From assembly GCA_024672315.1 (NCBI GenBank), contig GCA_024672315.1_4714.1: a stretch of DNA of 64,000 nucleotides, one strand, 5' to 3'. The translations under genes were made by a program, and so were the position numbers. This document shows, in pieces, positions 30,845 through 40,915 of the stretch (its first letter is position 1; every line of letters starts with the position of its first letter). The notes below the pieces were generated by a model. It worked only from the letters and a program-made list of their open reading frames with translations. It searched no databases and had not been told where the DNA came from. Source of the DNA: a phage.

Positions 30845-32431
30845 TTAGAAGTTGCCTTTGGTAGTTACCGCATCCACCAGGTTAAACAAATCAACGCTCA
30901 GCTTATACACCTCCTGCTGACTACGGTTGAGCAGCGGGCTGTATGCAGATGGGTTGATGTTCGGCATGGTGTACGGAATCGGTGCAGAACCGTCAACGCT
31001 GATCTTGAACTGGCTATCCAGGAACAGGTTAATCGCGCCGCTCACCATAACCGCGTTCGGGTTGTTGCCCAACATGGAGGGTAGGATATTGGTAATCATG
31101 TCAGAACGCATTTGTTCAGCAGCACGGTTACAATCGTATCCTTTAATGAACGGTACAGCGTCGGTAACCGCAACAGCCCACTGACCAGGCATGATACCGA
31201 GTTCTGGGTGACCGTGGTTGTCAGCAATGAAACGGAACGACTCCAACATGCGATAGGTCATCGCAGCAGGCATCATTGCAGCAAGCGATGAACAATACAG
31301 CGTTGGATAATCGATCACGTCCCAGCTCTGGCTATCGGTCGGCATCCAACCAAACTCGGTGGTTGCTGACGTACCGCGACGAGCTTCCACATACGGGAAT
31401 AACGTTAAGACATCACGGATATGTTCACCGAACATCCGTTTCATGTCTGCCCAACTCAGGCTACCGCTGAAAGCGAATCCTTCATCACGCATAATCGCAC
31501 CGAATACCGGATGCGCAACCAACGGTTCTTCACGAACAGCTTGAGCGGCTTCCACGTAAATATCCTCGTTCTCCGCGCTACCTGGATGAGACCCGCTTTC
31601 GTACGTCTGACGAATAGCCCCAACATTATCGAAGGCTTTTCTTAGATAGATGGTTGGGATGTTCGTATCAGCACTAGCGGGTTTGATTTTCTCTGTTGCG
31701 AAACACATTGCTGCTTCCACACCACGGAAAACCGGTTCCGGCTGTGGTGGATAGGATGTACGATGAACCACGTCAGCGTAGGCGGGATCGAACTGCTGCA
31801 TCACGTTCTGCATCGCTGGGTCCATGAACTGGTTATCAAAACCGCCATTGCCTACCCAACGTGCTGTTGATGCATAAGTCAGCGTATCCTGAACACGAGT
31901 ACTGAACTGAACATCGCGATTAACAGGGTCGTATGCACCAGTCAGCAGGTTCGTTGCATCCATCGGGGTTGCACGAACGATTTGCTTACCGAACATATCC
32001 GTCGTGGTTGTTTCGGTTACCTGGATTACGTTCGTGAAGAAGAACACCAGTTCATTCGGCAGATCGATAGCACGCGTTGTAAACGCATCAAGGCTTACAG
32101 AATGGTCAGTGTATCCAGAAATGTAATGAACACGCTTGGTTCCTGGTGCAAGGGCCAAGGATTCTTCTACAGCCATCATGAAATGGAAACGGCGTGTGCC
32201 CCAACCATTCGCAATCTCCGAAACCCCCTCAGGTTCTGCAGACTGTTGCAACAAACCGGTTGCAAGCTTATTGATTGCTGATGGTGTTGTTGCCGTACCG
32301 AATCGCGTCGTGTTAATGAAGTCTTCGATGCTACGCATGCTATCTGCGTGGAATCGTAGTGGACGACGTTGTACATTGTTGTACGGTGCGGTTTCAACCA
32401 TCAGTATTTCACGAACATTCATCGGGATCAT
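30845..32431 (-). CDS. hypothetical protein
   Basis: 528-aa ORF. Confidence 0.45.
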   Translation of the reverse strand: MIPMNVREILMVETAPYNNVQRRPLRFHADSMRSIEDFINTTRFGTATTPSAINKLATGLLQQSAEPEGVSEIANGWGTRRFHFMMAVEESLALAPGTKRVHYISGYTDHSVSLDAFTTRAIDLPNELVFFFTNVIQVTETTTTDMFGKQIVRATPMDATNLLTGAYDPVNRDVQFSTRVQDTLTYASTARWVGNGGFDNQFMDPAMQNVMQQFDPAYADVVHRTSYPPQPEPVFRGVEAAMCFATEKIKPASADTNIPTIYLRKAFDNVGAIRQTYESGSHPGSAENEDIYVEAAQAVREEPLVAHPVFGAIMRDEGFAFSGSLSWADMKRMFGEHIRDVLTLFPYVEARRGTSATTEFGWMPTDSQSWDVIDYPTLYCSSLAAMMPAAMTYRMLESFRFIADNHGHPELGIMPGQWAVAVTDAVPFIKGYDCNRAAEQMRSDMITNILPSMLGNNPNAVMVSGAINLFLDSQFKISVDGSAPIPYTMPNINPSAYSPLLNRSQQEVYKLSVDLFNLVDAVTTKGNF

Positions 32432-32432
32432 T

Positions 32433-34019
32433 TTATTTTTTTCCTCTTAAATTTACTACGTGTTCATTTAATCGAACAACTAATTGCACAAGCTGCTGAC
32501 GGATATCTGCTGGACAAAGCATCAATCCTTTACGGTCAGCTGGGACTTTCTCAAGGATTTCCGGGCCTGCTGCTGAAACATCCCAGTCCCATTCACAAAA
32601 CGCATCGGCCACCATGTTAATACCGACAACCGGTAAAGTTGTACGTTCATCTTCATACATGGCGTGTGGATACAATTTATTGACAGTAATGATCTCCTGT
32701 GGTTTTAATTGGTGGATAATCTGATAAACATCGTCGCGTTTAACCTGGATACCTACGGTCAGCGCTGCCAGTTGAGGAAAACCCCAATGGTCTAATAAGC
32801 AAGCTGCAATCGCTAACGCTTTTGCTTGATGCACGGCTTCAATCGGTGCCAGACTTCTCGCCGGAAGATGGCTATCAAGCAACCATTGTGCCAGTGCTCG
32901 GCATCCACGGTTGATTGGTTTTAACTCAACGGTGTCATCATGTTTAGCGTACGTGTATCCGTCGTAACGTTTTGCGATACGCGCATACATGTCTTCAACT
33001 TTACCGTAAGGTGCTGTTTCGTCGACGTCGTGCAACACACGTTCCATCTGGGTGAGATACGCAATATCAAGAATGAGTACACGCGGTGAACGTTTATCTT
33101 TCACCATCAACGCATCAATCACGCCTTGACTGTCTTCATCTTGCGCGTTCCCTCGTGGGGTTTTCTCACGAATAGGTCCGCTGAAACGTCGTTCCGTACA
33201 AAGGTTATTCACATAGCTAAAGATCAGTGTTACCAGATGCGTACAACTCACCAACACCCCATCTTTAACGACAGGCTGTACGGCTTGGTCCAAGTCGCGT
33301 ACGGCTAGACGACGGACGATAGCTTGTGAACGCAACCAGCCTGGCACTTTCTCCGTCGACATGTAATCCACGGTCATCGACAGCGTGATCTTTTTATCAC
33401 CCGTCTGTGCGCGGATATAGTCTTCCAGTCGGTCGTAAGCAGCGATATCATGAATGCGTGTTTTATACATCAGTGACATAGCCACTTCTTCTTTACGGAC
33501 TGTCCCGTACGTTTTCCCTGCGTCAATCAGAAACTCTGCCCAAATCGGCACCATCAGACGGACGTAGATCGCTAACGCCGTTAACTCAACGTAATCATTT
33601 CGTAAATAGGTTTTCTCGGGTATATCATCCTCACCTAATGTTGTTTTCATGTCCGGCGGTAATTTTACCCAACCTGGGGTATTACACAATGCCAGAATCT
33701 CTTCATACACAACCGGTTTGTAAATTTCACCAACGGCGCGACTCAACTCCTCCATTTGTTGCTGTGGAGCAATGTAGTTATCCATCGCTTCACGTGCTTT
33801 AACGAACCCTTCGAAGATGTCGTCGATTCGACGTGGGTTCTTTTGTTCTATCCAGGCGAGATACTTGTTAATCTCCCGCATCTGATTGCTAGCCATATCC
33901 CCATCGATCTTGATGTAACCCTGACCTGAAAATTCCACGGTACGTCCATCACGGTGTTTGATGAGGTAGTGATCCAGCTTTTCTTTTCCTTGCGTCGTAA
34001 TGACGGGCACTATGTGCAT
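32433..34019 (-). CDS. hypothetical protein
   Basis: Track ORF runs to 34154 (573 aa); internal ATG at 34019 (MHIVPV...) with AAGAGG Shine-Dalgarno is the likelier start. Confidence 0.45.
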   Translation of the reverse strand: MHIVPVITTQGKEKLDHYLIKHRDGRTVEFSGQGYIKIDGDMASNQMREINKYLAWIEQKNPRRIDDIFEGFVKAREAMDNYIAPQQQMEELSRAVGEIYKPVVYEEILALCNTPGWVKLPPDMKTTLGEDDIPEKTYLRNDYVELTALAIYVRLMVPIWAEFLIDAGKTYGTVRKEEVAMSLMYKTRIHDIAAYDRLEDYIRAQTGDKKITLSMTVDYMSTEKVPGWLRSQAIVRRLAVRDLDQAVQPVVKDGVLVSCTHLVTLIFSYVNNLCTERRFSGPIREKTPRGNAQDEDSQGVIDALMVKDKRSPRVLILDIAYLTQMERVLHDVDETAPYGKVEDMYARIAKRYDGYTYAKHDDTVELKPINRGCRALAQWLLDSHLPARSLAPIEAVHQAKALAIAACLLDHWGFPQLAALTVGIQVKRDDVYQIIHQLKPQEIITVNKLYPHAMYEDERTTLPVVGINMVADAFCEWDWDVSAAGPEILEKVPADRKGLMLCPADIRQQLVQLVVRLNEHVVNLRGKK

Positions 34020-34223
34020 AACAACCTCTTTTCGCGGTTCCCTGTTAAAACGTCTTCTGTGACGTCTACCACAAAGGTAATATAAGCGTGAATAATTTTG
34101 GATTCCGGCTGAGTTATCGCTCAGCATGCAAGGCATCCCGCCGAAGCGAGACACCTTGCACTAACGGAAAATATTCGCGTTACCTTCTGAATCGAAGACT
34201 CAGAATGCGATGCTAAAGCATGA

Positions 34224-35012
34224 TTAGAACGCTAAGCCATCAAAGGCTACGGACGGATCATCGTCGTCATTTGCGCTTGGCGCATCCCAACGGGTATCAG
34301 GGGCCGCTGAAGCCGAACTTGATGCGTTAGAGTTACCGTTGTACTGGCCGTTACCAGCATTACGGTTACCGCCGCCGTTGTTGTTACGGTTATAGCTATT
34401 GTTGCCACCATTACTTACGCTACGGCTTTCACCGTCGAAGTTGGTTGCGAGGATGCTTGGCAACACCGCGCGATGAATACGTACAAATTCCAACGCACAA
34501 AGCGGAGAAACAACCCCGATCTGTAAAGGTTGCCCAGACTCATCAACCAGAGCGTGGAAGCGCGGTGGCTTGAATACGAATTGGATGTTCGGTTTTTGGT
34601 ACGCTGTTACAGCGATATATACCGAACCATCATCGTTCTTACCAACCCATGTTGTACTTTCGGTAATCTGTTTCTTCTTACCTGGGTTATTGCGATCGTC
34701 GATAACCTTTTCGTTCTTCATCGCAAAGCGTTGGCCTGGTTTACCCTTAGCAACCTGCTCGAGGATCGCAAGCAGGTTATAGAACGCGTATGAGCTCATG
34801 CGTGCCCAAATGCTTTCAGCGCGACCCTGCTGGTCTTTACGACCGGTGTAAACCGTGATACGCGGTTGATTCTTAGCAACGCTAATTTTCAATGAGGGGA
34901 TTGAATTACCGCCCTCAACCTTTTCGTCCGCCCACAGTTTCCAGTTGTTGTCGTCATACGCTGTAGGAATAATGTTTCCTTGTGGTTTACTGCCCGAATT
35001 CCAATTGCTCAT
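34224..35012 (-). CDS. putative single-stranded DNA-binding protein (SSB-like)
   Basis: 262 aa; Gly/Asn-rich disordered region followed by acidic tip DDDDPSVAFDGLAF, the architecture typical of SSB C-terminal tails; the core fold was not verified. Confidence 0.4.
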   Translation of the reverse strand: MSNWNSGSKPQGNIIPTAYDDNNWKLWADEKVEGGNSIPSLKISVAKNQPRITVYTGRKDQQGRAESIWARMSSYAFYNLLAILEQVAKGKPGQRFAMKNEKVIDDRNNPGKKKQITESTTWVGKNDDGSVYIAVTAYQKPNIQFVFKPPRFHALVDESGQPLQIGVVSPLCALEFVRIHRAVLPSILATNFDGESRSVSNGGNNSYNRNNNGGGNRNAGNGQYNGNSNASSSASAAPDTRWDAPSANDDDDPSVAFDGLAF

Positions 35013-35085
35013 TTTCAGCCTCGTTACGTAGTGTGAATCAATTTCTGGTTCAGATGATAGTCAATATTAGTTAAAAATTACAGCC

Positions 35086-35919
35086 TCAGCGGAACATGTC
35101 CAACAGAAAACGTTTTGCGAAGGGGTCACGTAACTGGTTGACGCCAAAGCGTGTACGGTCTTCCGTTGTTAATGGATTCCACTGACTCTGTTTCGCAAGA
35201 TCTAACAGCATCCTTTTTATTTTCACCGGCCCGCTGTTGAACTGTACGGCTTGGTCACCGAACGTTCCCAACGTCATCTTTGTAAATGGAAGGTTCGCAA
35301 CCTCTGGACGATCCCCACCAGTAAGTTTGGTTGACCACTGATGTTTTCGTTTCAAGGTTCCGGTATGGCTTTCTACCAAAATAAGTTCACCAAAACCGGT
35401 TCTTGCCAACAAGTCAGAAACATAGTGCGTGGTGATATACGATGTCTTGGTTATCGCGGGTAATTTACAATCCATCGATTCGATATTAGGGAGTCGATCT
35501 ACAGACGCCATCAACCCACGATAAAGTGTAGCGAGTCCTTTTTGTTTTTCGGTGTGTGGCTCCTTATGTGTAGCGTGCGGATAAACACGCTTTATTGACG
35601 CATAGGTTGGCGCATATATCCGCAAGCGAATATGGGGAACGAGTTCATTCACCAGCTGCCTTAGCTGTAGTAACTCGTTTTGAAAATCCCCTGTTATCAT
35701 CGATAATGGTAATTTATGTTGTTCAACGTCTTCAAAGCTTTCAACGAAATTGCGTGCTAAAGTACGCAGGTTGAACAACCAATCCATCGGTGTTTCTGGC
35801 TGTTGCTGTACGGCTGATAATGTTGCAGACGTACCTACCGATAAAGGATAATCACCTAACGTGCGGGCGTACATATTGCTCATACCCCACAACTCCTTCT
35901 TATCATGGCAACGTATCAA
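35086..35919 (-). CDS. hypothetical protein
   Basis: 277-aa ORF. Confidence 0.4.
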   Translation of the reverse strand: MIRCHDKKELWGMSNMYARTLGDYPLSVGTSATLSAVQQQPETPMDWLFNLRTLARNFVESFEDVEQHKLPLSMITGDFQNELLQLRQLVNELVPHIRLRIYAPTYASIKRVYPHATHKEPHTEKQKGLATLYRGLMASVDRLPNIESMDCKLPAITKTSYITTHYVSDLLARTGFGELILVESHTGTLKRKHQWSTKLTGGDRPEVANLPFTKMTLGTFGDQAVQFNSGPVKIKRMLLDLAKQSQWNPLTTEDRTRFGVNQLRDPFAKRFLLDMFR

Positions 35920-37045
35920 GCCAAGCAGAAACCTTTAAGGCATCAACGTTCGGGTATTTATTACGAATGCGTTCGACCAACAAACGCTTAACGTTGTCCT
36001 TTGTCAAGTCCCCACCTTTCTCGATAACGTTATTGACGAAACTGTTCTTTAATAGCGACTGGTTGTTCTTAGCGTCCGTTTTAATTGACCAAACGAAGCC
36101 TGGATACAAAGAAGGAATGGAACGAAACGTTTTCGCCGCATCGTCTTCCTTATCACAGCGTATTCGGATATGATCACCCTTCTTCAATGGAGCCAATTCC
36201 CGTTCCAACACACGAATGATTTCATCTCCAACAAGACCGTGCAGTTTTATCGTCTTGTAGACATCTGCTTTCTTGTTCTCAACAAACTCCCACTGGTCGT
36301 TAAACGTTTCCGTTAACATATAACGGAGGTATCCCTTCGGACCTTCTTCACCGTGCGCCAAGCGACCAAATGAACCGCCAACCATGATACGTCCTTTCTG
36401 GGATTGTAAGTGGATATGTCCGCTCACGACCCACCCTTGGGTCTTCTCCACCATTGCGTTATACGCATCGCTGCTATGAACACATGTTGCTTTTAACGCT
36501 TCTGGTGGAAGTTGATATTCAAACGCACCGTGCATCAGAATAAAGTCCGGCGATCCCTTCTCATCAATAAGTCGGTTCACGGCCGACAACGTCACATCCG
36601 GGTCGTGGCTGTAGTTATCTGGAAGATAAAGTACTTTTAAACCAAAGTCTTCATCAACCATGCAGAGGTCATCGTAATAACGAACTTTCGCTCCTATCTC
36701 CATGACCTCGTTCTGTTCAACGAACCACTGACTTTGCTTCTGGTCGTGTAAATTGGTACCCTCAAGAAAGATCAATGTAATATCGTGTTTTCTCGCATAC
36801 CGTAACAACCAGGTACCCCAGGCACGAACAGCAACCACGTCACTCGTCACAAATGTCGTAATACGATCGAAGACATCGCCGCTGAACGTAATCACATCAA
36901 GCAGCGCAGGATCTTCTTTTGTAATGTAATAACGTAGTTGGCTAATCAGGTTTACTGTCGGTGTTTGACGGTGGATAAAGTGAATATCCGACAAGTTGAT
37001 TCCACGTAATACCCCAGGCGTTTTATTTCGACTGAAGTCTCGCAT
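35903..37045 (-). CDS. Mre11/SbcD-like metallophosphoesterase nuclease
   Basis: 380 aa; motifs LSDIHF, GDVFD, GTNLHD, MHGAFE, SGHIH in Mre11/SbcD order. Confidence 0.65.
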   Translation of the reverse strand: MRDFSRNKTPGVLRGINLSDIHFIHRQTPTVNLISQLRYYITKEDPALLDVITFSGDVFDRITTFVTSDVVAVRAWGTWLLRYARKHDITLIFLEGTNLHDQKQSQWFVEQNEVMEIGAKVRYYDDLCMVDEDFGLKVLYLPDNYSHDPDVTLSAVNRLIDEKGSPDFILMHGAFEYQLPPEALKATCVHSSDAYNAMVEKTQGWVVSGHIHLQSQKGRIMVGGSFGRLAHGEEGPKGYLRYMLTETFNDQWEFVENKKADVYKTIKLHGLVGDEIIRVLERELAPLKKGDHIRIRCDKEDDAAKTFRSIPSLYPGFVWSIKTDAKNNQSLLKNSFVNNVIEKGGDLTKDNVKRLLVERIRNKYPNVDALKVSAWLDTLP

Positions 37046-37827
37046 CAGAATTCCTCTAAATTGCTGCTGCTAATAGTCCCCGTCGTAGACGGCATGTTTC
37101 TACTACCCACCGACGCTGTTGTTGAAGAGGTTCTGGCTAGATTCAATCCGTTTAATAAACCACGCTCTTTTACCGTACGACGTGAACCATCACGAACGTC
37201 GTAAAGGGGTACGTTATAATGGTCAAAAATCCGAAGCCATTGCACGTAATCAGCAACAACATGGTCTTTGCTTTCATTCGGGGCAAAGCGATCAAGCTGA
37301 TGGTCGACGTAAGCTTTAGCGCTTTCAGGATTGAAGTTATACTGTCGGCGTGCTTTGTCCACCATCGCGAGGAAACATGTATTGGGGTCACGATTGATAT
37401 ATGAACGCGTCCGGATAAAGATAGCCGGTACCGTAAACAGAACCTTGTTGTTATTCCCGTCAGCAACGATGTTAACCGCACGATGTGGTTGGCCTGCTAT
37501 CTTGCACCAATCGTGAACAATGGTGCTATTACTCAACATCTCCGCGTATTCAGGATCCTGCGAAAACATTCCTGCGAACGGGTACAAGAAATGTTTAACG
37601 AACAGCGATTCGGGCAGGATGTTGGGACGCGTCATCTCCTGTAAACCTTTTCGTAGAAGCTCGCTGTTGTCTACCAGCTCCTGCCACATATCCGGTCGTG
37701 TTTTCGGGATGGACGGGTCCTGAGCACGACGAATGCGTTCTTCTTCATTTACAACCACTACCCCAGCCGGATACCCCAATAAATCCGTTCCTTCGCTAAC
37801 GTTGCTGTTAGTTTGGCGCGCCTTCAT
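37045..37827 (-). CDS. hypothetical protein
   Basis: 260-aa ORF. Confidence 0.4.
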   Translation of the reverse strand: MKARQTNSNVSEGTDLLGYPAGVVVVNEEERIRRAQDPSIPKTRPDMWQELVDNSELLRKGLQEMTRPNILPESLFVKHFLYPFAGMFSQDPEYAEMLSNSTIVHDWCKIAGQPHRAVNIVADGNNNKVLFTVPAIFIRTRSYINRDPNTCFLAMVDKARRQYNFNPESAKAYVDHQLDRFAPNESKDHVVADYVQWLRIFDHYNVPLYDVRDGSRRTVKERGLLNGLNLARTSSTTASVGSRNMPSTTGTISSSNLEEF

Positions 37828-38215
37828 TTACTTCCTCCTGCCACTTGATAAAATTACCACGCTCGGATCGCAGAACACCACCCAGATCGTACGATATACC
37901 TTTCTCTGTGACAATCCCTCCAATCTGGAGATCGACACGTTCCGTCGTCGGATCGATATACTTGACACGGACTTTCAATTCCACGCGATCGTAATAACGC
38001 ATTAAATAATCATACAACATCCGGTATGTCGCATCTTCCAATTTGGGTGCGCTATACTGCGATGTTGCAATGAGGTACGGTAGTGAAACGATGGAACCTT
38101 GATAGCAATACGACTGGGAATAATTCGATATTGCGAAATTGGTCATTAACCCATCCAACTTTTTACCCGATGCGGTTAAAAAGCTCGACAGTCCCGGTAA
38201 CGGATTCGATGCCAT
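37808..38215 (-). CDS. hypothetical protein
   Basis: 135-aa ORF. Confidence 0.4.
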   Translation of the reverse strand: MASNPLPGLSSFLTASGKKLDGLMTNFAISNYSQSYCYQGSIVSLPYLIATSQYSAPKLEDATYRMLYDYLMRYYDRVELKVRVKYIDPTTERVDLQIGGIVTEKGISYDLGGVLRSERGNFIKWQEEVNEGAPN

Positions 38216-38228
38216 GAGGAACTCCTCT

Positions 38229-38702
38229 TTAAGCGTAATTCATTCCAACCAATCTATCGTAGTTAGGCATATGCCCTAACTCCAGTTCGACAGGCATGGA
38301 TACATTGGTGCGTGGTGCGTAAAATGTTCGCGTATGCATATCGATATACCCACAGTCCAAATAAACAATATCGGACAACTCCGACGGATGTTTAGGCGCG
38401 GGAATCTTTAATCGATTATAACACTCAAGCTGCCACCAAGCATGAAAAAAGTTATTGTAGGCGTACGATTTACTGTTGGCAACTTTAAGTCCGTAGATCA
38501 CCCATAACGCCGCCATGAAGTTGGTTGCGTTAATTCGCATCGGTTGTTCATTATTGAGCATGTACGTGTAGGTAAACAACGGTGTGTTACCGTCACCAAA
38601 ACGTCCGACTAAGGTATTGTTCGTGTGTTCGACCTCAAAGGAAAAATGCTGGCTGCTATTGCCATCAAAATGGATCATTCCGTTCTCCTCAAGCTTTTTC
38701 AT
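38229..38702 (-). CDS. hypothetical protein
   Basis: Track ORF starts with GTG inside a hairpin at 38768; first in-frame ATG at 38702 (MKKLEEN...) preferred. Confidence 0.4.
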   Translation of the reverse strand: MKKLEENGMIHFDGNSSQHFSFEVEHTNNTLVGRFGDGNTPLFTYTYMLNNEQPMRINATNFMAALWVIYGLKVANSKSYAYNNFFHAWWQLECYNRLKIPAPKHPSELSDIVYLDCGYIDMHTRTFYAPRTNVSMPVELELGHMPNYDRLVGMNYA

Positions 38703-38797
38703 TTCATAGAGTGGTGGAAATTCGTAGAAAGTTACAAAAATAAAAAAGAATGGGTAGCCCCTCCCCACCCGAAGGTAGGGAGAGACCGCAAATATAT

Positions 38798-39283
38798 TTA
38801 AACCAAAGCTGCGATAACGTCGTTAACATTGCGGCCTCGCAACTCTGCCGCTAAACGAATAACTTCATCCAGGGAACGGTTTGTACGAATCTTGGCCACT
38901 TTCCAATTTTCAGGATACTGTTCGAAGTTAAGCAACCAAGTCATTACCTTTGCTTGTTCCATACCGTTGAGTTTAATTGTCGTGCGCGGATTGGCTTTGA
39001 ACCACTTCTTGCTCAGCTGCGCCATACGGCGAACAGGGTAAGCGTAAGCGCGAGTCCAGTCTTTGGACAGATTGTCGAGTAATTCACAGTAGCTGTTGTC
39101 GTAGTCTTTGTTGATACGACGTAATAACCAGTTGGCGGTCATCTGATAAAGTTTATCATCTTCACGTAACCGCATACCTGCTACTGCTAAATAAATGATA
39201 AGACCTGCGCCCAGGATGAGAGACAGGATGAACAGAATTTGGGTTTCTTGTGCTAAAGTCATTTTACTATCCTCGGATTTCAT
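38798..39283 (-). CDS. hypothetical membrane protein
   Basis: 161 aa; N-terminal hydrophobic helix LFILSLILGAGLIIYLAVAG; GAGGAT Shine-Dalgarno; directly downstream of promoter-like motif copy 2. Confidence 0.45.
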   Translation of the reverse strand: MKSEDSKMTLAQETQILFILSLILGAGLIIYLAVAGMRLREDDKLYQMTANWLLRRINKDYDNSYCELLDNLSKDWTRAYAYPVRRMAQLSKKWFKANPRTTIKLNGMEQAKVMTWLLNFEQYPENWKVAKIRTNRSLDEVIRLAAELRGRNVNDVIAALV

Positions 39284-39346
39284 TAGGATTTAATTTCCAA
39301 TATAAGGACAATGTGATATGCCTTATACAGTCGATTGATGTTGTAC

Positions 39347-39371
39347 ATCACCTAAGTAATATAGCCGTGAA
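39347..39371 (-). promoter_or_regulatory. conserved 25-nt promoter-like motif, copy 2
   Basis: Plus strand TCACCTAAGTAATATAGCCGTGAAA; about 70 nt upstream of minus-strand start 39283. Confidence 0.5.
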
Positions 39372-39381
39372 AAATAATGGA

Positions 39382-40179
39382 TTAACGTGTTCTCCTGTCA
39401 CGATGTGTATACGACTGAAGACCGATGTCCATATGCGGTAACGTCAGCGTCTGCCAGATCTGTCGTGCGTAGCGATCAAGCGTATAATCGTCAGTAACAC
39501 AATCGACGGGTTCGATGAGGTGAGTCGTATACTGGCTTTTCACAGAGAAAGGTTCGTTGTTAGCTGTATCTCCTAATCCGCTTTTCACCGTGAAGACAAG
39601 ACGTGTGACTATCATCGCCTTATGTTGCTGTTCATTGTAACGAAGGCTGCGGTATACGGCATAGCTTCCTCCTTTTAGGCTTCGGGTATAACGAAGGTCG
39701 GAGGTCGTCTCGGAAATCTGATACAGCATCCAGTCTAACGTATCTCGCCAGTACACATCATCCACATCAGGAACCGTGATACCGTACCGCGTAGGCAGCA
39801 ATTCTAAAAGCAATTTATAAAGACCGCGACGTAAGCCATGCTCTTCGGTTTCCGATAAACCGTTTCCAACGTAACGTGAAATACGTGTACGTAAATACGT
39901 ACGGATGAACATATTCGCCATCAGTGTTTTCACTCTGCTACTGGTATCCTCAAAGCGATCAACGCTGAAACTCGTTTCAATCAACCGTCCATTAAAATAC
40001 AATGCAGCAACATACATCGCATTATTGCTATCTCGTTCAATGTTTAAACGACCGCAGATATTGGCTGCGTCGTTCATGGTAAATTCTAATTTATCGTGTT
40101 CGATACGATAGATAATATCCTCCTGGGTTGCTAGGCTCGCAATGCGACGATAGCCCGGAGAAGTACGTTTTACACTCAT
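39382..40179 (-). CDS. hypothetical protein
   Basis: Track start 40218 coincides with the TATG of a TTTATGCCG element; ATG at 40179 with ACGAGGA Shine-Dalgarno preferred. Confidence 0.45.
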   Translation of the reverse strand: MSVKRTSPGYRRIASLATQEDIIYRIEHDKLEFTMNDAANICGRLNIERDSNNAMYVAALYFNGRLIETSFSVDRFEDTSSRVKTLMANMFIRTYLRTRISRYVGNGLSETEEHGLRRGLYKLLLELLPTRYGITVPDVDDVYWRDTLDWMLYQISETTSDLRYTRSLKGGSYAVYRSLRYNEQQHKAMIVTRLVFTVKSGLGDTANNEPFSVKSQYTTHLIEPVDCVTDDYTLDRYARQIWQTLTLPHMDIGLQSYTHRDRRTR

Positions 40180-40221
40180 GATTGTCCTCGTTTTCAATTT
40201 TAAGATTGCGTGCGGCATAAA

Positions 40222-40246
40222 CCCTCCCCGCCTTATGCAGGGAGGG
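40222..40246 (-). terminator. GC hairpin followed on the minus strand by TTTATGCCG
   Basis: CCCTCCC...GGGAGGG stem; minus-strand TTTATGCCG at 40213..40221. Confidence 0.5.
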
Positions 40247-40261
40247 TAGCCATTAAATGGA

Positions 40262-40900
40262 TTAACCTAATTTACCACCGGCGATATTGGTGAAATCTTC
40301 GCCATCAGGAACTTGCAGTAGGATACGTGCCATGTCCCAGTTGGTTAATGTGATTGCTTTATCATCGATACTCAGTTCTGGTAGGTCGAGTTCATGATCA
40401 TCAAACTCGTAGGAAATACTCCACGTTTCATCTGTTTTAGGATCGGTCATCAATACACCGTCTGTTACACGCATGTAGTCCGGATGCAGTTCATTACTGA
40501 ACGTACTGAACGGATCGGTGTAACATTCAGCATACCCCTCGATCTGCTGACGCTGTGCCTTCGTACGTAATTCAGGGCACGCCATGATCAGTTGTCGAGA
40601 TATACCGTTTGCCGCACGGAAGTCTTCCACGGTGATACATGGCATAACCACATCGTCATGGAAGATGTTCTCCGATTGTCTCAACAGCGTCTTACGGAGT
40701 TCAGCATAGTTTATCTGATTAAATGCGTCGAACGTTGCTAACGATTCAGCGTAAAAATGCTTTACGTGTTCGCTTGCGCCGCCGAGGCTATTCATCAGCT
40801 TGTGGCCGTACTCCATAAAGCTTTTATCGAGACCGGAGGACATTTCTCCGAACCTCAGTGCACGATAACTGTCTCGTCCACCTGTAAATATTTGCGCCAT
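40262..40900 (-). CDS. hypothetical protein
   Basis: 212-aa ORF. Confidence 0.45.
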   Translation of the reverse strand: MAQIFTGGRDSYRALRFGEMSSGLDKSFMEYGHKLMNSLGGASEHVKHFYAESLATFDAFNQINYAELRKTLLRQSENIFHDDVVMPCITVEDFRAANGISRQLIMACPELRTKAQRQQIEGYAECYTDPFSTFSNELHPDYMRVTDGVLMTDPKTDETWSISYEFDDHELDLPELSIDDKAITLTNWDMARILLQVPDGEDFTNIAGGKLG

Positions 40901-40915
40901 TACAGGCGTCCTCCT

